A DNA stretch of 64,000 bases from an uncultured Chloroflexia bacterium (GTDB lineage Bacteria > Chloroflexota > Limnocylindria > Limnocylindrales > CSP1-4), in the NCBI GenBank assembly GCA_963748625.1, contig CAVVJT010000010.1, forward strand, positions 896,001 through 960,000. Direction: 5' to 3'. A program made the translations under genes and the position numbers. Positions 22,377-34,778 of the stretch are shown here, in pieces. The notes under the pieces were generated by a model. That model saw only the letters and a list, made by a program, of their open reading frames with translations, was not told where the DNA came from and ran no database searches. Each line of letters opens with the position of its first letter. The stretch's first letter is position 1.

Positions 22377-24316
22377 CTACTCCTGCGAGGCGCCCTCCTT
22401 GCGGGCGCCGGCGCCCTGCGTGATGCGGTCGAGCATGATGCCGAGGGCGACCATGGCGAGGGCCGCTGCCATGCCGCTCCCGAAGTTGGATCGCTGCGCG
22501 AGGCCCGCGACCACCTGGTAGCCGAGGCCGCCGCCGCCGACGAGCCCGCCGATCACGACCATCGCGAGGACCAGCACGATCCCCTGGTTGGTCGCGGTGA
22601 GCAGCGAGCGCCTGGCCATCGGCAGCTGGACCTTGCGGATCACCTGGAACGACGTCGAGCCCGACGAGGTCGCGGCCTCGATCGTCGTGGGCGACACGCC
22701 CCGCACGCCGTCCTCCACCAGGCGGATGACGGCCGGCGCGGCATACACGACCGCGGCCACGATCGCCGTGAACCGGGTCGAGCCGAAGAGCGCCACCGCC
22801 GGGATCAGGTAGACGAACGAGGGCATGGTCTGGGCGGCGTCGTTGATGGGACGCAGGATCCGGGACACCACCGACGACCGGGCGGCCCAGGTGCCCATGA
22901 CGATCCCGATGATCATGGTGAACGCCACCGCCACCAGGACCTGGGTGAGCGTCTCCATCGCGGGCTCCCAGACCTGGAGCAGGTACACCGACAGCGCGGC
23001 GATCGCCACGATGGCCATCGCCCGGCTCCCGGTGATGATCGCGGCAAGCCCGGCGGCGAGGAACACGATCAGCCACCAGGGTGAGAGCGTCAGGAACCAC
23101 TGGACCGGGTTGATGACCAGCACCGTGACGAGCTCCATGACCCCGCTGGTGAGGAACACCAGGTTGGTCTCGATCCACGCGACGATGGCGTTGATCGGCT
23201 CGGCGATGGAGATCGAGAGGGCCTCCGGGAAGATGTTGGCCGCCTCGATGGTGAGGCCCGCCACGATGCCGACGACGGCGACGGCCGCGCACACGGCGAG
23301 CACGGTGCGGCGGCTGAACCGCGAGGGCCGCGAGAAGCCGCGGGCGCGCCGGTCGGTGGAGGCGCTCGCGCTCGCCGAGAGCCGGTCGAGGATCATCGCG
23401 AGCAGCACGATCGCGATGCCCGCCGTGAACGACTCGCCCACGTCGAGCGTCTTGAGGCCCTTCATGACCGCCTCGCCCAGGCCGCCGGCCCCGACGAACG
23501 CGGCGATGACCACCATGGACAGCGCCATCATGATCGTCTGGTTGACGGCCAGGCCGATCGTGGACCGGGCCATCGGCAGCTGGACCTTGAACAGGATCTG
23601 GGCGCCCTTGGAGCCCAGGGACGTGGCCGCCTCCACGGTCTCGGGAGCGACACCGCGGATGCCCAGGGCCGTGAGGCGGATGGCGGGCGGGATCGAGTAG
23701 ATCAGCGTTGCGACGACGGCCGTCGCGTTCGCCGATGCCGAAGAAGATGACCAGCGGGATCAGGTACGCGAACGTCGGCATGATCTGCATCAGGTCGAGC
23801 ACCGGCGTGACCAGCCGCAGGACCCGGTCGGAGAGGCCGGCGAGGATCCCGAGCGGGATCCCCAGCAGCAGCGACACCACCACCGCGACGAGCACCTGGG
23901 ACAGCGTCAGCATGGTGGCGATCCCAGAGCCCGAACGCCCCGATCAGGAGGAACGCGAGCGCCAGGGCCAGGCCGGTGCGCAGGGTGACGCTGGCGACGC
24001 CCAGGGCGAGGGTCGCCGCGATCACGCCCGTCCAGCCCACGGCGAGCAGGACGCCGTCCACCATCTCGACGCCCCAGTTGAGCAGCGTCCCGCACCGGAA
24101 CGATCCAGGCGAAGTACCAGGCGTCGGCGTTGGCGTCGAGCCAGTCACGAACGCCGTTCAAGAAGGCGAACAGCGCCGCATCCGGGTCGTACGGCTGCAG
24201 GAACTGGCCCTGGAAGATGACGAAGAGGATGGCCGTGATGCCGAACAGGAGCGCGAACTGCCGCGACTGCGACAGGCGGACCCGGGGCTGGCGACGCGCG
24301 GCGACGGCTGCCGCGG

Positions 24317-24320
<4 letters not shown>
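22377..24320 (-). CDS. proW: Glycine betaine ABC transporter permease with two fused ProW modules (several frameshifts)
   Basis: [14 protein letters not shown] and [14 protein letters not shown]; two EAA loops EAATSLG..KVQLPMA and EAATSSG..KVQLPMA; pieces lie in different frames. Confidence 0.85.
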
Positions 24321-25409
<1,089 letters not shown>

Positions 25410-25564
25410 GCAGTGCTCCGTGGACGGCGAGGGTGCGAGTGGCGTGGACCACGGGCGGGCTCCTCCTCCCGGCCGGGTGGCCTGCGGCGGCCTGCGACCG
25501 CTCGCGAAGGCTGCAGTATGCCGATCCGCGGGTCTCCTGTGGTGGCGCGACCGTCAGCGTGTCG

Positions 25565-26307
25565 TCAGCGGGAACGGCGCTCGCCCAGGGCCACGATCTG
25601 GGTGCCCAGCTCGCCGTAGCCGGTGGCGGTGTGCTCGAACCGCAGACCGAGGCGCTCCGCGGCGCGCCGGGCCCGCTCCAGCAGGTCGGGGTCCTCGCGC
25701 TGGGACAGGTAGACCAGGCGCGTGTAGTTGCCGAAGTAGTCGGCCAGCAGGTGCGGGTGCCGGTCCAGCCCGAGCCCGCCGATCACGAGGGTCTCGAAGC
25801 TGCGGGCGAGGAAGTCCGTGAGGTAGAAGGTCCCGGGCTCCGCGTTGTGGATCGCGTCGAACGCCGGAAGGCCGGCGTAGAAGGCGTAGCAGTGGGCGCC
25901 CAGGCAGGCGGCCCACGCCGTGCTTCTCCAGCACGACGTCCAGGGCGCCGCGCCGTGCCACAGTCCGCGTAGGCGACGAACGTGCGCTCGTAGCCCGGGG
26001 CGAGGGCCGTCAACGCCTCGTCCACGGCGCCCGCGATCAGGTCGGGCTGGTTGTGCAGCGGCGCCGGCAGGCAGCGCACCTCGATCTCGTCGAGGCCGTT
26101 CGCGCGCACGACCGCCAGCAGCTCCTGCGCGAGCGCACCGCAGCCGAGGACCAGGGTCGTGGCACCCTCGCGCGGTGGCCGACGCCCGCCGGACAGCCCC
26201 GCAACGGGGGCGGACGTCCGGCGCATCGGGCGGCGAGGCCGGTTGGGGCGGTGCGAGCGGCTCGGGCGGCTGCTGGGGGGCGGCATCGGGTCCGTATGGT
26301 CGCGCAT
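25565..26307 (-). CDS. DUF1638 domain-containing protein (frameshifts near 25930-25960)
   Basis: LGCGALAQE, CLPAPLHN.P, VAYADCGT, HCYAFYAG, EPGTFYLTDFL, GLDRHP.L...YFGNYTRLVYLSQ; start uncertain. Confidence 0.8.
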
Positions 26308-26507
26308 CGTCCCGCTGCGCGCCAGCGCCTGACGCCCACACCCCGGATCTGGGCGGAGCCGATGAAGGTTGCAGCGGCGCGCTGCAGGGCGCCGCTCCCC
26401 CCGATCGGCGCCGCGGCCGGCGACGTCTGGCGGCGGGTGATGACGCTGCGCGGCGCCGAGGTCACTACGGCATCCGTCCGGCGTAGGCATCCAGCGTCTG
26501 TGCCGGC

Positions 26508-26620
26508 CCGACCGGCTCCCGTCCCCGGCTCCCGTCCCCGGTTCTCGGCTCCCGGCCCCCGGGCTCCGGCCCCGGCTCCCGTTCCTGGCTCCCCGTTCCC
26601 GGCTCCCGGCTCCGGCCCGG
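26508..26620. repeat. Degenerate ~7-bp tandem array (CCCGGCT/CCCGTCC-like)
   Basis: About 110 bp of heptamer-like units, almost free of A on the + strand, intergenic. Confidence 0.7.
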
Positions 26621-26659
26621 ATGCGCGACCAGCGTGCGTACGGGCGGGTGCCCTGCGGT

Positions 26660-26740
26660 TCCTGCGCGCCTGGCGCGCAGGATCGATGCTCCAGGACCCG
26701 TGAGGCGTGGACCTGCGCGCTGGGCGCGCAGGAGTGACGG
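26660..26740. repeat. Two near-identical GC palindromes (REP-like)
   Basis: TCCTGCGCGCC-T-GGCGCGCAGGA (26660-26682) and CCTGCGCGC-TGG-GCGCGCAGG (26712-26732), the latter enclosed by GACCCGT/ACGGGTC. Confidence 0.65.
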
Positions 26741-26855
26741 GTCACGCTCCCGCAGGCACTCCCGGCGCGCACCGGCACGGGCGAGGGCCAGCGGCGGAGC
26801 GAGGAGCGGGAGCTGGGCGAGGGCCGGGAAATGCCTCCCCGTCCGCCCGCGGAGC

Positions 26856-28520
26856 TCAGGCCTGGTCGCGCCGGAAGAACGGCACCGGCTCAGGCGCAAG
26901 GGGCGTGGAGCCCAGCACGAGGTCGGCAGCCTTCTCGGCCAGCATCATCACCGGGGCGTAGATGTTGCCGTTCGTGACGTACGGCATCGAGGAGGCATCG
27001 ACCACCTTGAGTCCGTCCACGCCGTGCACCCCCATCGTCAGCGGGTCCAGCACGGACATGTCGTCCACGCCCATGCGCGCGGTGCACGACGGGTGCAGGG
27101 CCGTCTCGGCGTCCTTGGCCACCCAGTCCAGGATCTCCTGGTCCGTGGCAACCTTCGGCCCGGGCGACATCTCACCCGAGCTGAACGGCTCGAACGCCTT
27201 CTGGCCCAGGATGTTGCGGGCGACATGGATGGCCTCCACCCACTCGCGGCGGTCCTGCTCGGTGGACAGGTAGTTGAACCGCAGGGCCGGGTGGACGGTG
27301 GGATCGGTGGAGGTGATCTTCACGGTGCCGCGCGCGTCGGAGTACATCGGCCCGATGTGCACCTGGTAGCCATGGCCGCCCTGCGGCTTCGACCCGTCGT
27401 AGCGGATCGCGAGCGGCAGGAAGTGGAACATGAGGTTCGGGTACTTCTCGTCGGCGTTGGAGCGGGCGAACCCGCCACCCTCGAAGTGGTTGGTGGCACC
27501 TGGGCCCTTGCGCATGAACAGCCACTGGAAGCCGATCCACGGCGCACGCCACGGCTGGAGCGCCGGCTGCATCGAGACCGGCAGCTTGCAGCCGTTCTGG
27601 ACGTAGACCTCCAGGTGGTCCTGGAGGTGCTCGCCGACGCCCGGCACATGGGCCACGGGGTTGATCCCGAGTGCCTTGAGCTCGTCCGCGTTGCCCACGC
27701 CCGAGAGCTGGAGCAGCTGCGGTGAGTTGAAGGCCCCGCCTGCAAGGACCACGGTGCCACCGAACGCCCGCTCGACCGTGCCCTTGCCCTTGCGGGTCGT
27801 GTACTCGACGCCGACCGCGCGCGTCCCCTCGAACAGCACGCGGGTCACGAACGCGCGCGTCACCACCTTGAGGTTCCGCCGCCCCATCACCGGGTGCAGG
27901 TAGGCGCGCGACGCGGACAGCCGGCGCCCGTTGCGGATGTTGCGGTCGAACGGCGCGAAGCCCTCCTGGCGGTAGCCATTGACGTCGCTCGTCAGCTCGT
28001 AGCCTGCCTGGCGGGTCGCCTCGAAGAACGCCCCGAACAGCGGGTTCGTGGCAGGCCCGCGCTCCAGGCCCAGCGGGCCGGACTTGCCGCGGAACGGGTC
28101 ATCGAGGTCGGCGGCGAGGCAGTTCTCCATGCGCCGGAAGTACGGCAGGCAGTGGGCGTAGTCCCACGTGTCCATGCCCGGATCGGCCGCCCAGCGCTCG
28201 TAGTCGAGCGGGTTGCCGCGCTGGAAGATCATCCCGTTGATGGACGAGGAGCCGCCCAGGATCTTGCCGCGGGCATGGTAGATGCGGCGGCCGCCCATGA
28301 ACGGCTCGGGCTCCGACTCGTACTTCCAGTCGTAGTACTTGGACCCGATCGGATAGGTCAGCGCGGCCGGCATCTGGACGAAGGCGTCGAACCGGTAGTC
28401 CGGCCTGCCCGCCTCCAGCACCAGCACGCGGTTCTTCGGCGCCGCGCTCAGCCGGTTGGCGAGCACGCTGCCCGCGGAGCCACCGCCGACGATGATGAAG
28501 TCGTGCTGCATCTGTCCCAT
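26856..28520 (-). CDS. betA: Choline dehydrogenase (GMC oxidoreductase)
   Basis: [62 protein letters not shown]; adjacent to proVWX. Confidence 0.94.
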   Translation of the reverse strand: MGQMQHDFIIVGGGSAGSVLANRLSAAPKNRVLVLEAGRPDYRFDAFVQMPAALTYPIGSKYYDWKYESEPEPFMGGRRIYHARGKILGGSSSINGMIFQRGNPLDYERWAADPGMDTWDYAHCLPYFRRMENCLAADLDDPFRGKSGPLGLERGPATNPLFGAFFEATRQAGYELTSDVNGYRQEGFAPFDRNIRNGRRLSASRAYLHPVMGRRNLKVVTRAFVTRVLFEGTRAVGVEYTTRKGKGTVERAFGGTVVLAGGAFNSPQLLQLSGVGNADELKALGINPVAHVPGVGEHLQDHLEVYVQNGCKLPVSMQPALQPWRAPWIGFQWLFMRKGPGATNHFEGGGFARSNADEKYPNLMFHFLPLAIRYDGSKPQGGHGYQVHIGPMYSDARGTVKITSTDPTVHPALRFNYLSTEQDRREWVEAIHVARNILGQKAFEPFSSGEMSPGPKVATDQEILDWVAKDAETALHPSCTARMGVDDMSVLDPLTMGVHGVDGLKVVDASSMPYVTNGNIYAPVMMLAEKAADLVLGSTPLAPEPVPFFRRDQA

Positions 28521-28647
28521 GGCGCGGGATGCTAACAGCGCTGGTGGTGGCCCGGATGGGCCGGTCGGCACGTCGCAACACGTGACGCCGCGTGGCGCGC
28601 CGGCCCGCGGCAGCGCTAACCGGGCCCTGCGGCGGCCCGCGGCAGCG

Positions 28648-29427
28648 CTAGCCGGGGCCGAGAATCCCCCAGACGGCGCCCGCGATGAGGAACGGCCCGA
28701 AGGGCACGTAGGTCTTGAGCGTGATCCTGCGCAGCACCAGCAGCACCACGAGCACGACCCCCGCGAGCAGGATCCCCCAGACCACGCCGGACACCAGGCG
28801 GAAGGGTCCAGCCATGAGCCCCACTGAGACGAGCAGCTTGACGTCACCGCCGCCGAATGCGCCCTTGCCGAACGGGATCGAGATGAGGAGGAGCACGACG
28901 GGCACCGCCACTGCCAGGAGCAGCGCCAGCGGCAGGGCCGACGCCGGGACCAGCGGGTTGAGCCCGGCAAGCGAGAAGACGATGCGCCAGGGGGATCGCC
29001 GGCAGCGTGATCACGTCCGGCAGGAGGCGCTGGTCAAGGTCCGTGGCCAGGAGCAGCACGAGCGCCGCGATGTAGGCGCCGAAGCCCACCCAGGACGCCG
29101 GCTCCGGCGTATGGGCCGCCAGGACGGCGAACGACACGGCCCCGAACGCGGCGACGACCACCGTCCGCCAGTCCGGCCGGCGCGGGACCACCACCCCGTG
29201 CACCAGGTCCGCCACGATGCTCGTGCGGGTGGTCGTGCTGCCAGGCCTTGCCCTCGACAGGCTCGTCGCCTGCCGCGTGGTCGTGGACATGCTCCATGTC
29301 GGCCTCGTCCGCGTGATCGTGGACGTGCTCGTGGAGATGCTTGGGCCAGCGCGTGCTGATCCGGTCGCTCGCGATGCCCCACAGCGCCGCCGATGACGGC
29401 GAGCAGGATCACGAGCGGCGTCAGCAC
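28648..29427 (-). CDS. A24 prepilin peptidase with His-rich insertion (several frameshifts)
   Basis: Catalytic Asp motifs [11 protein letters not shown] and FGGGDVKL, C-terminal VPFGPFL; pieces in several frames. Confidence 0.82.
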
Positions 29428-29496
29428 GCGCCGACTCCGCGCTGGAGCTTGGCCTGGCGGGTTGGCGGATGGGTTGGCCCGGCCGGTCGATGCGGC

Positions 29497-31010
29497 TCAG
29501 CCCGCCGACGCGCCCTGCCAGGGCGATCTCGACGAGCGTGGCATGCGTCACGCCGGTCGCGCCCTTGGCGGCGTACGGGTAGGCCTTGCGGAAGTACGCG
29601 GTCCCACCGATGTCGAGATGGGCCCACGGCACCGTCCGGAACTGCTCCAGGAACAGCCCGCTCTTGACGAGGGATCCGTCCGCGGTTCCGGTGTTCTGGA
29701 AGTCCGCGTACCAGCTCTCCATCTCGGACATGTAGTCCTGCACCAGCGGGAAGCGCCAGTAGCGCTCGCCCGCCCGGTCGGCGGCCGCTTCAACATCGCC
29801 CCACCAGGGATCAGGGGTGGCGAACACGCCGGTGACAAGGTTGCCGATCGCCCGACCGACGGCGCCGGTGAGGGTCGCGACATCGACCATGTGCGTGGCG
29901 CCGAGCTGCTCCGCGTAGGTCATGGCGTCGCCGAGGATCAGGCGGCCCTCGGCGTCGGTGTTGATGATGTCCACCCACTTGCCGTTGAGCGCCTGCACGA
30001 TGTCGCCCGGGTGGGCGGCGTGGCCGCTGGGCATGTTCTCGACTGCGGGCGCGACGGCGAGGAGCGGCATGTCCGGTGCGAGGCGCTTCGCAGTGGCGAT
30101 GGCCGCGATCACGGTGCAGGCACCGATCTTGTCCATCTTCATCTCTTCCATCCGGTCGGCGGGCTTGATGCTGATGCCGCCCGAGTCGAAGCAGACGCCC
30201 TTGCCGATGAGGGCCAGGTGGCGTCCGGCCGCATCCTTGTCGCCGGCGCCGCCGTTGCGCAGCACGATCATGCGCGGGGGGTTGTTGGCAGCCCTTGCCG
30301 ACCGCGAGGAACATGCCCATGCCCATCTCGGCGGCACGCTTCTCGTCCACGACGTCGATCTCGAGGCCGTGTGCCTGTGCGATCGCGTCTGCCTCGTCGG
30401 CGAGGACCTGCGGCGTGATGTCGTTGGCGGAGCGGTTCGCCAGGCGGCGGGCGATGTTGGCGCCTTCGCCGATGATCTGGCCGCGCCCGGCGCCGGCAGT
30501 TGCGGCGGCCTCGGAGCCCGGGGCGACGATCAGGATGAGCTCATCGAGGGCGGGCGGCGCGGCGTCCGTGTCCGCGCGGTAGATCGTCTTGGGCTCGAAG
30601 GAGCCCTCGACCACACCGCGGGCGGCGAGCTCGGCGGCAAGGGCGACGTCGCCATCCAGGCCGTCCGCGAGGGGCGTGACCCACAGGGCCATCGTGTGGA
30701 CGTCGCGGGCGACGAGCCGGCGGATCGCGGTGGCCGCCACGCGTCGGGCAATCTCGCGGTCGAGCGTCGGCTCGGACCCCGAGGCGACGGCGAGCAACCG
30801 GCGGACCGGGATCGAGCCCGGGGCGCCGGTGGCGGTGTGGTAGCGCTTGGCGCGCAGCTCGCCGAAGGCCAGCAGCGAGGCAAGCTCGCCCCCGGCCTGG
30901 CGATCGAGCTCGCCGAGCTCGCCGACAACGTCGGGCTCGCCGACGATCGGCACGACGAGGACGTCTGCGGGGATCTCCCAGGGGTGGCCGGTGACCACAC
31001 GGATCTGCAC
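29497..31010 (-). CDS. pepA: Leucyl aminopeptidase, M17 family (frameshift near 30293; end approximate)
   Basis: IGKGVCFDSGGISIK, MKMDKIGA, NTDAEGRLILGDA, DVATLTGA, WAHLDIGG. Confidence 0.92.
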
Positions 31011-31137
31011 GAAGGACCTCCGAAGCTCGCGGCGGCCTGGCGGCCGCGAGGGGCACTAGCGGAACGGCTGGCGGCGAGTGTACCCCGGTCCAACCTCACG
31101 TCCGGCGCTCCGCGCGACGTTGGCAACGCGGTTCGAA

Positions 31138-31210
31138 CCCGGCTCCCCGGCCCTCTTCCGGCTTTCCGGCTGTCGGGCTCTCCGGCTCCCCGGCCCTGTT
31201 CCCGGCTCCT
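31138..31210. repeat. Second degenerate CCCGGCT-like short tandem array
   Basis: CCCGGCTCCCCGGCCCT occurs twice, with TTCCGGCT units between; directly after the stop of 31216-32190. Confidence 0.6.
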
Positions 31211-31215
31211 CGTGC

Positions 31216-32190
31216 CTACTCCGGCAGCGTGACCCCCTCCTGGAGCTGGCGCTGGACGTCCAGCTCGGCCGCGAGCGCGCCGCGCGCCTTCTCGATGCTG
31301 ATCACGGCCTGGTTGAGTCCCCCCTGCGCCGCGTCGCTCATGATCACGACCAGCGCCCTCGTGTCCCGGGGGAGGCGCGCGCGGGCATCGCTCTCGGCCT
31401 GTGACGCGGCGCGCACCTCGTTGGTCACGACCCCATCGGACGCGAGCATCGTCTCGTACAGCGTGCGCAGCGCGCGGTCATAGGCCGCGTTGAGGTCCAG
31501 CCACTGGACGAGGGTCGTGGTGTCGGTCCGCGCCGCCAGCCGGTCCGCGAGCTCCCGCGCCTCGGCGAGCGTCGCGTCGGGCGCAGCCAGCCCGTCGAGC
31601 GCCTGGCGATAGCGGCCGGCGGCGCCATCCGTGGCGGCTGCGGCGGTCTCCTCGTCGTGGCGGGCGAGCAGGCGACTCAGGCGGACGGCGTCAAGCGCCT
31701 GCCCCGTGAACGTCGCCCAGTCGCCTTCCAGGCCCGTGGCCAGGCCGGCGGCATCGGCGAGCTGCGTGTAGCGATGGCGCAGGTCGGCCGAGACGTAGAG
31801 CTCCCATGCCTCGCCCGTGTGCGGGATGGCCGCGAGTGATCCGTCGAGCCGCCCGGCCAGTGCCCTTGTCTCGAGGAGGATGGCCGTGCCCTCCGAGATC
31901 GTGTCCTGCAGGCCCTGCTCGTCGCCCTCGACGAGCAGGGCAAGCGCCTGGCGAGCGGTGGAGGAGAGCCCGTCGACATGTTCGGCAAGCGCTTCCAGGT
32001 CGGCTGTGGCCGTGTCGAGCGCGGGCTCCACCTCCCGGTCGGCCGGCCAGGTGAGCTCGGCCCGGGCGGACGTTCCCGGCACGTGGTTGACCGTGGCGAT
32101 GATGCCCGCGGCGCCCGCCGCGATGCACAGGGCGACCACCACCCAGACCAGCCGGGTGGCGAACCAGCGCAGGATGCCCTTGCCCTTCAC
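31216..32190 (-). CDS. Hypothetical membrane-anchored alpha-helical protein
   Basis: N-terminal TM, Ala/Leu/Asp-rich helical body, host-like codon usage, TACGCT-6-GTG start. Confidence 0.7.
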   Translation of the reverse strand: MKGKGILRWFATRLVWVVVALCIAAGAAGIIATVNHVPGTSARAELTWPADREVEPALDTATADLEALAEHVDGLSSTARQALALLVEGDEQGLQDTISEGTAILLETRALAGRLDGSLAAIPHTGEAWELYVSADLRHRYTQLADAAGLATGLEGDWATFTGQALDAVRLSRLLARHDEETAAAATDGAAGRYRQALDGLAAPDATLAEARELADRLAARTDTTTLVQWLDLNAAYDRALRTLYETMLASDGVVTNEVRAASQAESDARARLPRDTRALVVIMSDAAQGGLNQAVISIEKARGALAAELDVQRQLQEGVTLPE

Positions 32191-32265
32191 GGGCCGAGCG
32201 TACCGGGTGCGGAGGCGGCGTGCCCTCCGTGACGTCCCCGCAAGCGCACGGTTCCCGGTCCTGGC

Positions 32266-33216
32266 TCAGGCTGCCGGGGGCTCCTGGTCCTTGAGCTTCT
32301 GCTGGAGGTGCGTCAGCCGGCCCTCCATCGGCGAGGGCTCCCAGCCGAGCCCCGTCCGCACGGCGTCAACCGGGCCGATGTTGTCGAACTTGAGCTGGCG
32401 CAGCTGGTCGGTCGCGACCGGGAAGGCCTTGACCTTGAGCGTCTCCATCGTTGCGGCAACGAGCCGGATCAGCGCCACCGGCATCGGGACCAGGGCCCGC
32501 TTGCGGCCCATGCCCCGCAGGACCTCCTGCATGATCTCCTTGTAGGTCCAATAGCGAGGCCCGCCCAGCGGATACTCCCGGCCAATCGAGGCGTCGTCAC
32601 CCAGGACCTGGACTGCGGCCCGCGCGAGATCCTCGATCGCGAGCGGCTGGAAGCGGGCGTCGCCCTTGCCGGTCACCGGGACCACGCCCGGCGACATGCG
32701 CACGAGGTCGGCGAGGATGTTGAAGAACCCGTCCCGCGGCCCGAACAGCAGCGACGGCGCGAGGATCGTCCAGTCAAGCCCGCTCTCGCGCACCAGCGCC
32801 ATGCCTTTGGCCTTCGAGCCGCCGTAGTGGAGCGCCGGGTCGTCCACCACCGCGAGCGCGCCGAGGTGGACGAAGCGCCTTACGCCGGCATCGGTGGCGG
32901 CCCGCAGGACGTTGCGGGTGCCCTCGGTGTTGACGAGGCGGAGGGTGGCTCCGTTGTCCCAGTCGCGCGCGACAGCGACGAGGTGGAGGACCGCGTCCAC
33001 GCCGGCGACCGCGGCGGGCAGCGTGTCGGGCCGGGTCACATCCCCGTGGCGCACCTTCACCGACACCTGCGCGGCCTCGGGGAGGCGGCGCATGACCTGG
33101 GCCTCGCCCTCGGGATCGCGGACGAGGGCGACGACACGGTGACCCGCATCGACCAGCGCCGGGACCATGTGGCTGCCGACAAAGCCGTTGGCACCTGTGA
33201 CTAGGACGGTCGACAT
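32266..33216 (-). CDS. NAD-dependent epimerase/dehydratase, NDUFA9-like atypical SDR
   Basis: VLVTGANGFVG, VNTEGTRN, YGGSKAKG, LDWTILAPS..FGPRD, FQP. Confidence 0.88.
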   Translation of the reverse strand: MSTVLVTGANGFVGSHMVPALVDAGHRVVALVRDPEGEAQVMRRLPEAAQVSVKVRHGDVTRPDTLPAAVAGVDAVLHLVAVARDWDNGATLRLVNTEGTRNVLRAATDAGVRRFVHLGALAVVDDPALHYGGSKAKGMALVRESGLDWTILAPSLLFGPRDGFFNILADLVRMSPGVVPVTGKGDARFQPLAIEDLARAAVQVLGDDASIGREYPLGGPRYWTYKEIMQEVLRGMGRKRALVPMPVALIRLVAATMETLKVKAFPVATDQLRQLKFDNIGPVDAVRTGLGWEPSPMEGRLTHLQQKLKDQEPPAA

Positions 33217-33316
33217 CGGATCCTCGCGTGGGTGGCGCGGGCTCGGGAATCGCGCTCTACCGGATGTTCGCAGGTCCAAGTCGCGCGGATGGGTCCGCCC
33301 GACCTACCATCGGCCC

Positions 33317-34379
33317 ATGAGCCAGCTCGATCCGAGGACCCTCCGGGCCCTGACCCGCGCCATGCCCAAGGCGGAGCTCCACCTCCACCTCGACGGGTCG
33401 CTCCGTGTTGACACCGCCCTGGACCTTGCCCGGACGCAGGCGCGTGGAGGCGCCCGTCACCTACGACGCGATGCGCAAGGTGCTGGTCGTACCCCAACAG
33501 GTCACCGACCAGGCCGAGCTGCTCCGCGCCTTCGACCTGCCGATCGCGCTGCTCCAGGATGCCGAGGCGCTGGAGCGCGTTGCGGGCGACCTCGTCGAGG
33601 ACAAGGCCTGCGACAACGTCCGGTACATGGAGATCCGCTGGGCGCCGCTGCTGCACACGCAGAAGGGCCTGTCGGGGCTCGATGTGGTGGATGCGGTCTG
33701 GCGCGGGGCGCACGACGCGGCCCGCCGGCTGGGCGTCGAGGTTCGGCTGATCGCCACCCTCATGCGCTCGCACTCGCCCGAGGCCAACCTTGCGCTGATC
33801 CTGGACCTCAACGGGGAGGGCATCCCCGAGGGGCTCGTGGCTGTGGACCTGGCCGGACCCGAGGAGCGCTACCCCGATGCCGAGCGCCACCGCGCAGCCA
33901 TCGACCTTGCACGCGACCTGGGCCTCCACGTGACGCTGCACGCGGGCGAGTGGGGCGGTGCTGCCCAGGTGAAGGCGGCGCTCGCGCTGGAGCCCGAGCG
34001 GATCGCGCACGGCCCGCTCGCGTTCGACGACCCCGAGCTCGTGGCGGAGCTCAAGCGGCTCGGCACCTGGCTCGACCTGTGCCTGACCTCCAACGTCCAG
34101 GCGAACATCGTGCCGGCCATCGCCGACCACCCGTTGCGCCGCCTGGAGCAGGCGGGGGTCAACGTCACGCTGAACACGGACTCGCTCACCGTCTCCGACG
34201 TCACGCTGTCCGAGGAGTACGCACGCGCCGTCGAGCTCAACGGGATCACGCTGCCCGGGCTGTGGGCCCTGGACCTGGCGGCCCTGGAGGCGGCGTTCTG
34301 CGAAGAGGACGTCCGCGAGGACCTGCTGGAGACCTTCCTCGCCTGGGGTGCCGGGATCCCGGAGCTGCTGCACGGCTGA
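33317..34379 (+). CDS. add: Adenosine deaminase family protein (frameshift near 33445)
   Basis: MPKAELHLHLDGS, YMEIRWAP, DLAGPE, TLHAGE, RIAHG, CLTSN, HP, LNTDS. Confidence 0.88.
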
Positions 34380-34400
34380 GCCGGCGGCGAGCGCCAAGCG

Positions 34401-34778
34401 GTGAACCCCCAGTACGTTGCGCTCGCGCTCCTGGTGTTCGCCCTTGTCGCGACGCGCCTGTGGGAGGAGGAGCAGTGGCGGCGTGGCCGCTTCTCCGACC
34501 AGACCGCCGCGATCCTCGTGGTCGGTCGGCTGCCGGTGCTCGCGTTCGGGTTCGCGGTCCTGACGGGCCAGCCCCTGCCCACCGTGCTCGTGATGACGGC
34601 CATCGCGCTGGTGATGGCAGCCGCCGTGTACCCGTTCGTCGTGGGGAGGCGGGCGCCGCACGGCCGGTCGAGGCTAGGCGCCAGGCGGCGCTGCGCGGGA
34701 CCGGCGGGGGCGGGCGCGTCTATGCCCGGGCGAGCTCCTCGAGGGCGGCCGCGAGCTCGACGGCGTCAGCGCAGATGA
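34401..34778 (+). CDS. Small hypothetical membrane protein
   Basis: Three hydrophobic segments; 3' end overlaps the convergent HAD gene so the end is uncertain. Confidence 0.6.
   Translation: MNPQYVALALLVFALVATRLWEEEQWRRGRFSDQTAAILVVGRLPVLAFGFAVLTGQPLPTVLVMTAIALVMAAAVYPFVVGRRAPHGRSRLGARRRCAGPAGAGASMPGRAPRGRPRARRRQRR

Noticed and set aside
28844-30337. PepA fused to prepilin peptidase (497-aa ORF)
   Set aside because: Artefact of indels; a stop is available at 29497 and the A24 gene has its own start near 29427.
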